A stretch of 64,000 nt of DNA from assembly GCA_946486375.1 (NCBI GenBank), contig CAMLTW010000003.1:120668-184667 (forward strand), read 5' to 3'. This stretch comes from an uncultured Rikenellaceae bacterium (GTDB taxonomy: Bacteria > Bacteroidota > Bacteroidia > Bacteroidales > Rikenellaceae). This document shows, piece after piece, positions 28,746-38,900 of the stretch; position 1 is the first letter of the stretch, and each line of letters starts with the position of its first letter. The notes under the pieces were generated by a model that worked only from the letters and a program-made list of their open reading frames with translations, searched no databases and was not told the origin of the DNA. Made by a program: the position numbers and the translations under genes.

Positions 28746-30146
28746 ATGGAAACGAAAGATAAAAAGGGAATGGATCGCCGCGAATTTCTGAAACGGCTCG
28801 GAGCGGGAGCCGCGGTGTCGGTCGCCGCGCTGGCCGGGTGTGATCCGAAGAACAATCCCGTTACGGGCGACCGGTCGGTAGAGGGAGAAGTGCCGACCGA
28901 TAAAATGACCTACCGCATGAATCCGACCACGGGCGATCGCGTGTCGCTGCTCGGCTACGGGTGCATGCGCTGGCCGCAACTGTCCGCTCCCGCCGCCGAC
29001 GGCAACGTAGCGGATCAGGAAGCGGTTAACCGGCTGGTGGATTATGCCATCGCTCACGGAGTCAATTATTTCGATACGGCGCCCGTGTATGTACAGGGCT
29101 TTTCCGAAAAGACCACGGGGATCGCTCTGAAACGGTATCCGCGCGACCGGTTTTTCATCGCTACGAAGATGTCGAATTTCTCGAATCCCACGCGTGAAAA
29201 TTCGCTGGCCATGTACCGAAAATCGTTCGCCGATTTGCAGGTAGACTACATAGACTATTATTTGTTGCACTCGGTGGGCGGCGGGGGCATGGAGAATTTC
29301 AGCAGGCGCTACCTCGACAACGGCGTCCTCGATTTTCTGCTCCGCGAACGGGAGGCGGGGCGCATCCGCAACCTCGGTTTTTCGTATCACGGCGATGTGA
29401 AAGTGTTCGACTATCTGCTTTCGCGGCAGGATGAATACAAATGGGATTTCGTCCAGATCCAGTTGAACTACGTGGACTGGAAGCACGCGAAAGAGGTCAA
29501 TACCAAGAATACCGATGCGGAATACCTGTACGGCGAACTGCAAAAGCGGGGGATTCCGGCCGTCATCATGGAACCGCTTCTGGGCGGACGCCTTTCCAAA
29601 GTGCCCGACCACATCGGTACCCGGCTCAAACAGCGCCGGCCTGCTTCCAGCGTCGCATCGTGGGCCTTCCGTTTCGCCGGATCGTTTCCCGGCGTACTGA
29701 CCGTCCTGAGCGGCATGACCTATATGGAGCATCTGCAGGACAATTTGCGCACTTATTCCCCGCTCGAACCCCTGACCGAGGACGACAAGGGATTTTTGGA
29801 GGAGACGGCGCAACTGATGTTGCGCTATCCGACCATTCCCTGCAACGATTGCCAGTACTGTATGCCCTGCCCCTACGGGCTGGACATTCCGGGCATCCTG
29901 CTCCATTTCAACAAGTGCGTCAATGAAGGCAATGTGCCTGCTTCGTCGCAGGATGCGAACTACCGGCAGGCGCGGCGGGCTTTTCTCGTCGGTTACGACC
30001 GCAGCGTACCGCGCCTGAGGCAGGCCGCCCGCTGCATCGGCTGTAGCCAGTGTGTGCCTCACTGCCCCCAGAATATCGACATTCCCGCGCAGATGCAGCG
30101 CATCGACGGGTTCGTTGAAGATTTGAAACAGGGACGCGAATTTTAA
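28746..30146 (+). CDS. Tat-exported lipoprotein aldo/keto reductase with C-terminal Fe-S Cys motifs
   Basis: The twin-arginine motif DRREFLKRLG is followed by the lipobox LAGC. The AKR core includes GVNYFDTAPVY and YIDYYLLH. The C-terminus carries CNDCQYCMPCP and CIGCSQCVPHCP. Confidence 0.85.
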   Translation: METKDKKGMDRREFLKRLGAGAAVSVAALAGCDPKNNPVTGDRSVEGEVPTDKMTYRMNPTTGDRVSLLGYGCMRWPQLSAPAADGNVADQEAVNRLVDYAIAHGVNYFDTAPVYVQGFSEKTTGIALKRYPRDRFFIATKMSNFSNPTRENSLAMYRKSFADLQVDYIDYYLLHSVGGGGMENFSRRYLDNGVLDFLLREREAGRIRNLGFSYHGDVKVFDYLLSRQDEYKWDFVQIQLNYVDWKHAKEVNTKNTDAEYLYGELQKRGIPAVIMEPLLGGRLSKVPDHIGTRLKQRRPASSVASWAFRFAGSFPGVLTVLSGMTYMEHLQDNLRTYSPLEPLTEDDKGFLEETAQLMLRYPTIPCNDCQYCMPCPYGLDIPGILLHFNKCVNEGNVPASSQDANYRQARRAFLVGYDRSVPRLRQAARCIGCSQCVPHCPQNIDIPAQMQRIDGFVEDLKQGREF

Positions 30147-30151
30147 GGAAG

Positions 30152-31300
30152 ATGGAATATCGGGTATTGGGAAGAACGGGATTGCGTGTGAGCGCCGTGG
30201 CGCTCGGCTGCGAAGGCTTCATGCACCGAACGGCCGGGGAAGTGAAAGACAGTTTCGACTTCGCCGCTTCGAACGGGATCAATTTCGTGGACATTTATTC
30301 GTCGAATCCGGAATTGCGTTCGAATATCGGAGCGGCGCTCGAAGGACGACGGGAAGATTTTATCATTCAGGGACATCTTTGCACGGTCTGGGAGGACGGT
30401 CAGTACCTGCGCACGCGCGATCCGGAAAAAACCGCCGCTTCATTCGCTGCGCAGTTGAAGCAGTTGCGGACGGATCACCTCGATATAGGAATGATTCATT
30501 ACGTCGATGCGGAGGACGATTTCCATGCGGTGTTCGACGGGGAAATCATCCGTTTCGCCCGGCGGTTGAAAGCCGAAGGGAAAATCCGGCACATCGGCCT
30601 GAGCAGCCATAATCCCGTGGTGGCGCGTATGGCCGTGGAAACGGGGCTGGTGGACGTGCTGATGTTTTCGATCAACCCCTGCTATGATCTGCAGCCCGCC
30701 GGAGACGATGTGGAGGCGCTCTGGGCTCCCGAAAGCTATGCGGAGGCGAAACACAACATCGACCCGGATCGGGAGCGGCTTTATGAATTGTGCGAACGCA
30801 CGGGAGTGGGTATCGACGTGATGAAGGTCTACGGCGGAGGCGACCTGTTGAGCGGGGAAAACTCCCCTTTCGGTCGACCCCTGACGCCGGTGCGGTGTAT
30901 CGAATATGCGTTGACGCGTCCCGGCGTGGCGGCCGTGATGGTAGGTTGTAAGGATCGGGCCGAAATCCGGGCTGCGCTCGACTGGTGCGACGCTTCGGCC
31001 GCCCAGCGGGATTATGCCTCGGTGATGGCGGGAATGGAAAAGTTCACCTGGAAGGGACACTGCATGTATTGCGGGCATTGCGCGCCCTGCTCGGCGGGTA
31101 TAGACATCGCCTCCGTCAACAAGTTTTACAACCTGGCTGCGGCAAAGGACGAAATTCCGGAAACGGTGCGCGAACATTACCGGGTGCTCGCTCACCATGC
31201 TTCGGAGTGCGTCGGTTGCGGGAATTGTGAAACGCGGTGCCCGTTCGGGGTGGAAATCGTAAGTGCGATGCAGCGGGCCGCCGAGCGGTTCGGGTATTGA
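30152..31300 (+). CDS. Cytoplasmic aldo/keto reductase with C-terminal Fe-S Cys motifs
   Basis: No signal peptide. The N-terminus MEYRVLGRTGLRVSAVALG is AKR-like. The C-terminus carries CMYCGHCAPC and CVGCGNCETRCP. Confidence 0.85.
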   Translation: MEYRVLGRTGLRVSAVALGCEGFMHRTAGEVKDSFDFAASNGINFVDIYSSNPELRSNIGAALEGRREDFIIQGHLCTVWEDGQYLRTRDPEKTAASFAAQLKQLRTDHLDIGMIHYVDAEDDFHAVFDGEIIRFARRLKAEGKIRHIGLSSHNPVVARMAVETGLVDVLMFSINPCYDLQPAGDDVEALWAPESYAEAKHNIDPDRERLYELCERTGVGIDVMKVYGGGDLLSGENSPFGRPLTPVRCIEYALTRPGVAAVMVGCKDRAEIRAALDWCDASAAQRDYASVMAGMEKFTWKGHCMYCGHCAPCSAGIDIASVNKFYNLAAAKDEIPETVREHYRVLAHHASECVGCGNCETRCPFGVEIVSAMQRAAERFGY

Positions 31301-31307
31301 ATGTCGA

Positions 31308-31775
31308 ATGTGCAACAGAAAAGAAATGACGGATACGATATCTCCCGAAGAACGGCGGCAAGCCATCGATCTGCTTTTTGCGGAAAGGTGTTCGTGTGTG
31401 ATCCGCAACGGGGACGAACTTCGCCTTTTTCGGGAGCGGGGCGTGAAAGACCTGTACTGCCTGTTGAAGGAAATGCCGGAACTGTTGAAAGGCGCTTTCG
31501 TGGCCGACAAGGTCGTAGGCAAAGCGGCCGCGGCCCTGATGGTTGTGGGAGGGGTGACGGACGTGTTCGCCGGGGTGATGAGCACGCCGGCCCGCGATCT
31601 TTTACAGGCTGGCGGTGTCGAAACGGACTGCCTTCGGGAAGTGCCTCACATCGTCAACCGCACGCAGACGGGATGGTGTCCGTTGGAAACCCTTTGCTTT
31701 GGGTTACGGACGCCGGAAGAGTGTCTGATACGGATCGAAACGTTTTTGAACGGGATGAATGCTAAAACCGAATAG
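31308..31775 (+). CDS. DUF1893 (TM1506-like) domain protein
   Basis: The ADKVVGKAAAAL and WCPLE segments match my recollection of DUF1893. The start is either 31308 or 31326, and the stop abuts the next ATG. Confidence 0.65.
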   Translation: MCNRKEMTDTISPEERRQAIDLLFAERCSCVIRNGDELRLFRERGVKDLYCLLKEMPELLKGAFVADKVVGKAAAALMVVGGVTDVFAGVMSTPARDLLQAGGVETDCLREVPHIVNRTQTGWCPLETLCFGLRTPEECLIRIETFLNGMNAKTE

Positions 31776-33668
31776 ATGAAGAAAATATCGTTTTTATGCT
31801 TGCTGATCGGCGGTTTTGTTACGGCACGAGCCGGGGAGGCGCCCGACAGTCTGCAGGGCGGAAGCTATGACATCGGGGAGGTCGTGATAACCGGTACGCG
31901 CAACGAAACGGACATCCGCCACCTGCCGATGACCGTTTCGGTCGTGGGGCGCGAGCGGATCGAGCGCGGTTTTCAACCTTCGCTGCTGCCGGTGTTGACC
32001 GAGCAGGTTCCGGGGCTGTTCGTGACGGGCCGGGGCATGATGGGATACGGCGTTTCCGGAGGCGCGGCCGGGCAGATGTCGTTGCGGGGGATCGGCGGCC
32101 CCGCGCAGGCGGGCGTCCCGACGACGGGACTGTTGGTGCTGATCGACGGGCATCCGCAATACATGGGGTTGTTCGGGCATCCGATTTCCGACGCCTATCA
32201 ATCGATGCTGGCCGAGCGGGTTGAGGTGCTGCGCGGCCCGGCGTCGGTGCTTTACGGTTCGAACGCCATGGGCGGCGTCGTCAATATCGTCACGCGCCGG
32301 CAGCGGGAAGACGGTGTGCGGACGAACGTGCATGCGGGCTACGGCTCTTACAATACGCTGGAAACCGAGTTCACGAATCGGGTGAAGGCCGGGCGTTTCA
32401 CGAGCGTGGTCAGCGGTTCCTACAACCGCACCGACGGTCATCGTGCCGACATGGGGTTCGAGCAGTACGGCGGTTATGCCAAACTGGGGTATGAAATTTC
32501 AGAAGCGTGGAATGTCCGGGCCGATGTGAACCTCACGCATTTCAATGCCTCGAATCCGGGCGAAACGTTCGATCCGCTGATCGATAACGATCAGGAAATC
32601 ACCCGCGGGATGACCTCTTTCGCGTTGCAGAACCGGTACGAAAAGACTTCGGGGGCGTTGAGCTTTTTTTACAACTGGGGAAAGCATCGGATCGACGACG
32701 GTTATCATGCGGACGAGGAACCCCTCGATTACCGCTTTCATTCCCGTGACCGGATGCTGGGCGTATCGTGGTATCAATCCGTGCAGCTTTTCCGCGGCAA
32801 CCGGCTGACGGTCGGCGTGGATTATTTTCGTTTCGGCGGAAAGTCGTGGAATCAGCCTCTGGACGGCGGCGAGCGGACGCCGCAGGTCGATAAGGTGCAG
32901 AACGAAGTGGCCGGATACGTGGATTTCCGGCAGAATGTCGGGTCGCGGTTCACCTTCGATGCAGGCATTCGTGTCGACCGCCATTCGCATGTAGGCACGG
33001 AGTGGGTACCGCAGGCGGGCGTGTCGTTCCGTCTGCCGGCCGGCGCCGCTATCAAATTGACGGCAGGCAAGGGCTTTCGTTATCCTACGATCCGGGAACT
33101 CTATATGTTCCGACCGGCCAATCCCGACCTGCGGCCCGAACGGTTGTGGAGTTACGAACTGGCATTTTCACAGCAATCGCCGGGAGGACGCTTGTCCTAT
33201 GGCGTGAACGTCTTTTACATCGATGGGGAGAATCTGATCGTACGTATGCCGGTGAGTGGGCGTCCGCTGAACATCAATACGGGGAAGATCGAAAACGCAG
33301 GCATCGAGGCGCAGATCGCTTACCGCGTTTCGGAAGCCTGGTCGGCGGACGCCAATTACAGCTACCTGCATATGGAAAACCCCGTGCTGGCTGCGCCGGA
33401 ACACAAGCTGTATGCCGGAGCTTCTTTTCACAAAAAGCGCTGGTTCGTTTCGACCGGAGTGCAGTATGTCTCCGGACTTTACAAATCGCTCGATCCGGCG
33501 CAGACGGAAGATTTCGTACTTTGGAACCTGCGCGGTTCCTTCCGTGCCGCCCGCTGGCTCGACTTTTGGATCAGGGGTGAAAACCTCCTGGCGCAGCGTT
33601 ATGAGATCAATGCCGGTTTCCCGATGCCGAAGGCGACTGCGGTGGCGGGAGTGAATGTGAGGTTCTGA
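31776..33668 (+). CDS. TonB-dependent receptor (small, BtuB/vitamin-type size class)
   Basis: 630 aa with a signal peptide, a plug domain (EVVITGTR, VEVLRGPASVLYGSNAMGGVVNIVTR), a beta-barrel and a terminal ...VNVRF. Confidence 0.9.
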   Translation: MKKISFLCLLIGGFVTARAGEAPDSLQGGSYDIGEVVITGTRNETDIRHLPMTVSVVGRERIERGFQPSLLPVLTEQVPGLFVTGRGMMGYGVSGGAAGQMSLRGIGGPAQAGVPTTGLLVLIDGHPQYMGLFGHPISDAYQSMLAERVEVLRGPASVLYGSNAMGGVVNIVTRRQREDGVRTNVHAGYGSYNTLETEFTNRVKAGRFTSVVSGSYNRTDGHRADMGFEQYGGYAKLGYEISEAWNVRADVNLTHFNASNPGETFDPLIDNDQEITRGMTSFALQNRYEKTSGALSFFYNWGKHRIDDGYHADEEPLDYRFHSRDRMLGVSWYQSVQLFRGNRLTVGVDYFRFGGKSWNQPLDGGERTPQVDKVQNEVAGYVDFRQNVGSRFTFDAGIRVDRHSHVGTEWVPQAGVSFRLPAGAAIKLTAGKGFRYPTIRELYMFRPANPDLRPERLWSYELAFSQQSPGGRLSYGVNVFYIDGENLIVRMPVSGRPLNINTGKIENAGIEAQIAYRVSEAWSADANYSYLHMENPVLAAPEHKLYAGASFHKKRWFVSTGVQYVSGLYKSLDPAQTEDFVLWNLRGSFRAARWLDFWIRGENLLAQRYEINAGFPMPKATAVAGVNVRF

Positions 33669-33763
33669 GCGATTGCGGATGGAAGGATACTTTCGGTTTT
33701 TCCGGGCATGCCGGAGAAACCGGAGACGGAATAAAAAATGGAAAAACATAAACGTTAACCCTT

Positions 33764-34747
33764 ATGAAACGAAGTATTTTTATGCTCTTATGTCCACTGC
33801 TGTTTCCGGTGGCCGGAACGGGTTCCGCGCAGGCCGGTAGTCCGGAAGAAGTGTCCGGCAAAAAGGCGGACACGCCGAAAGTTTATCTGTTCACGGAGAT
33901 CACTCCGGAAAATCTCGTGAAGATTTACGAAGCGTTGGGCCGCAAGGCGGAAGGCAAAGTGGCCGTCAAACTTTCGACCGGCGAACCGGGCGGCCATAAT
34001 TTCCTGCAACCGGCCCTGATCCGCGATCTGGTGCGGAAAGTGAACGGCACCATCGTGGAATGCAACACCGCTTACGGCGGAGGGCGGGCCGCTACGGAGA
34101 ATCACCTGAAAGCGGCCCGGGATCATGGATTTACGGCCATCGCCCCGGTCGATATCATGGATGCCGACGGAGAGGTCGCTTTGCCGGTGAAGGGAGGTAA
34201 GCACCTTAAGGAAGATTTCGTCGGCTCGCATTATCCGGATTACGATTTCACCGTTATTCTTTCGCATTTCAAGGGGCATGCGATGGGCGGTTTCGGAGGG
34301 GCGGTCAAAAACATGTCTATCGGTATCGCCTCGTCTGCCGGGAAAGCGTGGATACATTCGGCCGGGAAGACCAAAAGTCAGGCGGAAGTCTGGAACAATC
34401 TTCCGCCCCAGGACGATTTTCTGGAATCGATGGCCGAAGCGGCCAAGGCCGTAGCCGACCATTGCGGCGACCGGATTCTCTACATCAGCGTGGCGAACAA
34501 GCTATCGGTCGACTGCGACTGCGATGCGCATCCCGCAGATCCGAAGATGGGCGATATTGGAATTCTGGCGTCGCTCGACCCTGTGGCTCTGGACAAGGCT
34601 TGTACCGATCTGGTACGGGCGTCGGAAGACCACGGCAAGATTCACCTCATCGAACGCATCGATTCGCGGAACGGAATGCACACCCTGGAACATGCCGAGG
34701 CGATCGGCTTGGGAAGTCAAACCTATGAACTCATAAAACTCGACTGA
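33764..34747 (+). CDS. Secreted DUF362 domain protein
   Basis: A signal peptide, then SHFKGHAMGGFGGAVKNMSIG and DCDCDAHP segments typical of DUF362. Confidence 0.7.
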   Translation: MKRSIFMLLCPLLFPVAGTGSAQAGSPEEVSGKKADTPKVYLFTEITPENLVKIYEALGRKAEGKVAVKLSTGEPGGHNFLQPALIRDLVRKVNGTIVECNTAYGGGRAATENHLKAARDHGFTAIAPVDIMDADGEVALPVKGGKHLKEDFVGSHYPDYDFTVILSHFKGHAMGGFGGAVKNMSIGIASSAGKAWIHSAGKTKSQAEVWNNLPPQDDFLESMAEAAKAVADHCGDRILYISVANKLSVDCDCDAHPADPKMGDIGILASLDPVALDKACTDLVRASEDHGKIHLIERIDSRNGMHTLEHAEAIGLGSQTYELIKLD

Positions 34748-34748
34748 C

Positions 34749-35261
34749 ATGCAAACGACAGCCCTGAAACTTTATTCGCTGGAATACAGACAGGCGAAGA
34801 CCTATCTGATCGCCGCCCTTTTCATAGCAGGCAACATCCTTTTGCCGCAGTTGTGCCACCTCGTGCCGCAGGGCGGCGTCCGCTGGCTGCCGATCTATTT
34901 CTTCACCCTGGTCGGAGCCTACAAATACGGATGGCGGGTAGGATTGCTGACGGCCATCGTTTCTCCGCTGATAAACTCGGCTTTGTTCGGCATGCCTCCC
35001 GTGGCGGGGCTTCCGGCCATTCTGCTCAAATCGGCTTTGTTGGCCGTCGCTGCTGGATTCGCCGCTTCGCACTTCCACCGGGCGTCGTTGCCGTTGCTGG
35101 CGGCCGTGATCTTGTTTTATCAGGGGATCGGTACGCTGGGCGAATGGGCCATGAAAGGGGATTTCTTTGCAGCCGTGCAGGATTTCCGCATCGGCCTGCC
35201 GGGTATGCTGTTTCAGCTTTTCGGAGGCTGGCTGGTCATTAACCGGCTGATCCGCAGGTAG
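34749..35261 (+). CDS. Small polytopic membrane protein, ECF-transporter S-component-like
   Basis: 170 aa with about 5-6 TM helices. It starts 1 nt after the DUF362 stop. The family assignment is tentative. Confidence 0.5.
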   Translation: MQTTALKLYSLEYRQAKTYLIAALFIAGNILLPQLCHLVPQGGVRWLPIYFFTLVGAYKYGWRVGLLTAIVSPLINSALFGMPPVAGLPAILLKSALLAVAAGFAASHFHRASLPLLAAVILFYQGIGTLGEWAMKGDFFAAVQDFRIGLPGMLFQLFGGWLVINRLIRR

Positions 35262-35351
35262 CGCGGGAGGAAGTTGAGGAACTTCTCTTTCCTTTTATAA
35301 TAGAGACGGATAAGAGAGGTTTGAACCCGCTCGTGAAGCGTTTTTCAACAC

Positions 35352-35388
35352 AAAGGCGGCAATCCATACGATTGCCGCCTTTTCATTT
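35352..35388 (+). terminator. Hairpin terminator downstream of the operon
   Basis: 13 bp stem AAAGGCGGCAATC/GATTGCCGCCTTT followed by TTTCATTT, about 90 nt after the stop at 35261. Confidence 0.55.
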
Positions 35389-35832
35389 GAGTCCGATGAC
35401 CTTCAATGCCTGTTTGCGGGAAGTTCCGCCTGCGGTCGCTTTTGGCCGAATTTTGCATCCGGCCGGAACCTTTACCGGATGCCGGTTACTCCCCTCTCCT
35501 TCCGCGTTCCGGTTCGGGCGTTTTCGAGTTTCCGGTATCGCATGAATCTGAAACCCCAGGCAGCTATGACATGAAGTCCGATGCGACGACGGGCATGGGC
35601 GGACGATTTCTTCAATGCCCGTTTTCCGGGGGGCATTTTTTATCGAATAGTGCGCTTCGGCATTTTTCATCCTGCTTTTTCCGGGAAAATATATGGCTTC
35701 GAATCCCGTTATTTTCATATCCCGAAGGCATCTTCGAGAAATACTATCGTGTTATATTAATATTGCTAATGTGATTTTTTATACACTAACATTTATTTTT
35801 TAACTTCCCTTTCGTATCTCATTTTAAACCCT

Positions 35833-35840
35833 TATATTTG
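35833..35840 (+). promoter_or_regulatory. -7 box TATATTTG (with TTTC 19 nt upstream) for the giant gene
   Basis: TAnnTTTG match in the AT-rich stretch 35740-35880. It predicts a leader of about 125 nt before the ATG at 35974. Confidence 0.4.
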
Positions 35841-35917
35841 CATGATATGAAGACGTGTCCGCAGGGCCGGTACATGTCTTAAGATGCGAAGTTATAACAC
35901 GTTAGTGTTTCGTAAAT

Positions 35918-35945
35918 AAAAAAAGAAGGCACCTCCGGTGCCCTC
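35918..35945 (-). terminator. Minus-oriented intrinsic-terminator-like hairpin in the giant-gene leader
   Basis: The minus strand reads GAGGGCACC-GGA-GGTGCCTTC followed by TTTTTTTATTT. On the plus strand the stem has a mismatch and no U-run follows. The nearest minus-strand gene upstream of it is 11.7 kb away, at 47611. Confidence 0.4.
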
Positions 35946-35973
35946 TCGGACAACATACTATTTTGAGTGAAAG

Positions 35974-38900
35974 ATGAAAATTGCAGGTGAACCCAAGGCA
36001 TTTCTGAGCAATGAAGCCCGTCAGCTTCTGAATCTTTACGAATCGCTCGGCGAGCGGGCGGAAATTTTCCTTCCGCGCCACATTTTCGACAACCTGACCA
36101 GTTTCGCGGCGCTCTGCATGGAAGAGCCGGACGATCCCGCCAAGCAGCAGGCGGAGATCAACAAATACCTGCTGAAGTTCCGGGAAGACATTCCGGGATA
36201 CACGCACGTGTCCCTGATGCTGATTCCCCATAACAATTCCAAGGCGTTCGAACTGAGCAGCCGCCGGGGACAGTTCGTGCGGAAGATCGATTCGCTGATC
36301 GATACGGACGGAACGACGCCGGAAACGAAAAAAATCCTCCGCAACATTCGGGACAGCCACGACGTTTCGGTCGGGACGCCGCCGGTGAACACTTACCATA
36401 TCGATTTCATGTCGCAGCTCCAGCTGGGCGGGCATGTGCGGGATTTGCGGAAATACCGCGACGTGATCGGCGTGACGGGCGATATCAACGAAGCCCATTG
36501 GAACTACCTGATGGACACGTTGGAACAGATGATCAGCCAGAGCACCCATTACACGACCCGGGCGGAAATCAACGATTTCCTGAACCGGAGCGAGTGGACG
36601 GTGAATTTCAAGGGGATGAACGGTATGATCCGTACCGTGGTGTCGGGCAATGCGGACAAGGCGGTGGCGCTGCTGAAGGGAGACGTTTTCAGCCCGTCTG
36701 CGGTCGTGGTGATGGAAAGTCCCGCACCGGAAGAGCTGTATGAAAAAATGACGGCGGACACCACTTCCGTCTTCGTGGTGAAGGTGAAGCATGCCCGGAT
36801 CAACCATTATTCGGGAGAACGGTGGTTTCCGCTGCTGACCCGGCTGGTGATCGTGGACGACTCGAAGGAATCCCGCAGTTCCAACACGTCGCTGGTATTC
36901 AGCTTCCACAACGGCATCATCAATACCCTGAACAAGGTACATACGAAGAAACTGGGATCGCCCGCCAACACGCAGCTGAACCTGCGGCTGATCCTGGAAA
37001 ACGTGAACCTCACCTACCTGAAGGAATTCCGTGAAAAGATCGAAATGCAGATCGACACCTATGCGCAGGAACTGAACCGGCTGCTGACCGAGCAGACCGG
37101 CGATCCGGCGGATGCGAAGAAGCGGATCACGCTTTTCAAGCTGGACGCGTTTTCGCGGCAGGTGGTGCAGGACAAATATTCGCTGGAAAAACTGCGCGAC
37201 TTCATTTTCTTCCTGGAAAACTGCCACAAGCAGGATACCAAACAGATCCAGACGCAGGAACTGATCGACGAATTCGAAACCCGGATCAAGAATTACTTTT
37301 ATTCGGGAAATAAATACATCGACATCGTCACGATTCTGGAAGGGGGCGGACGGCACCAGATCAAAACGTTCGGGGATTACCTGCGGCAGAAGCCGTACAA
37401 CAACCTGAGCAGTCAGATCCGGTATGCCTGCAAGCTAATTCTCGACATCATTCCGAGCAATTACGAGCGGACGCTGAAGAACCATTTTCACAAGAATTTC
37501 GGAATCAACCTGTTTCTGGAAAAATACCAGGAATACCTGAGCAAGGTCGGCAAGGATGCCGACAACAAGGGGCGGTTCGAGAAGTTCCTGATCGATCTGG
37601 GCATCCGCGACCGTTATTTCGCACTGAACGACGAAGACCGGGACATCGTACGGAATTTCCTCTCTGCATTGGGAAATCTGGATCAGACTTCGGTATCGGA
37701 TTCGGTGCAGATGATCATCCGGGATTTGCTGTTCAACCCGAACGGAAGGCCGAAGCCCTATATCGTTTACAACGGCGTGCAGGCCTGGGAATACAAGGAC
37801 TTGCTGCCGGACGACGTGTTCGACGTGAATCCGTTCGACATCGAGATCGAAAACCTGCCGAACGGACGGCTGGCTTATGACCGGCTGATCGACAAGTTGC
37901 AGCGGATCAAATCCACGCTGGCGCTGTTCGACGACAGCGGCAACCTGTGGGATTTGTTCTGCGAAAATACGACGATCGTCATCAACGACCCGAACAATCC
38001 GACCGGGTACACCGATTTCAACAGCGAGCCGGAACACAATTTCCTCCGGTTCATGAACACCTGTAAAATCACCCTGTTCCTCGACGAGGCCTATGCGGAA
38101 AGCGTGAAAATCGAGGATAAGACCATGCCCAAATGGCGGACGATTTCGCGGTATATCATCAACAATATCAATGCTCAGTCGAAGATCAGGGCGGTTTCTT
38201 CGCTTTCCACGACCAAGAACCTGGCCGCGACCGGGGAACGGCTGGGTGCGGTGGCCGTGACGCCGGCTGCGGCGGAATTCGCGGCCTTCGCCCGCAAGTG
38301 CAACGGAGCCGAGCACGGGAACAACAATTCCCTGCTGATGCTGAACAACACGCTCGAGACGGCGCAGGTGGCCAAAAGCATCAAAGACCGGATCGAAGCG
38401 GAGTTGCCGAAAAACGCTTCCCGATCGAAGATCAAGAAGGCGCTCGAAAAGTTCATCGTGGATCAGATCGGCCAGACGGCCCAGAACAACGAAATCAGCC
38501 GCAAAGACCGTCAGTTGCACAAGACGGCGGGATTCGAAGGCTCTCCGCTTTACCTGTTCCTGCTGGACGAGCTGGTGGCGTTGGATAAGCTGGATGTGCT
38601 GGGGTTGCCGGACGATTTCAAGTACCGCGACGAACCGTTCTTTTTGTACTACCAGACCAAGCTGGTGGAAAATCTGAACCGGTTCCGGGTGAACAAGAAT
38701 TTCCGGAGCGAGTCCCTCAAGCGGTTGAAGATGGCCAAAAGCGTAGCGGCGCGGCTGTTGGAAACCCGGAATCCGGAAGGCGGGCTGGAATACATCGACT
38801 CGGACGGCTCCTACCTGTTCAACTTCCGGATCAAGGGCGGGTTCCCGTATGCGGACATTCTCGCTTTCTGCCGGGCGCTGGCGCAAAGCCGCGGGGTGGC

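Noticed and set aside
35443-35457. Sigma-54-like element TGGCCGAATTTTGCA upstream of the giant gene (rpoN is present in the window)
   Set aside because: The GG-to-GC spacing is 9 nt, not the required 10. The -24 element is TGGCCG rather than TGGCAC. It also lies over 500 nt from the start codon.
35383-35774. ORFs of 111 aa (minus, 35383-35718) and 122 aa (plus, 35406-35774) in the spacer before the giant gene
   Set aside because: Both have implausible compositions (highly basic or Cys/Pro/Ser-rich, with no hydrophobic core) and overlap each other. Neither has a convincing promoter box. I treat the region as non-coding, although a decayed gene or an sRNA is not excluded.
35902-37356. 484 aa minus-strand ORF over the 5' part of the giant gene
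   Set aside because: It is in the same shadow frame as above, separated from it only by one sense CTA codon. The minus-oriented terminator hairpin at 35918-35945 lies inside its 3' end rather than downstream of it. The hairpin therefore does not support it as a gene.
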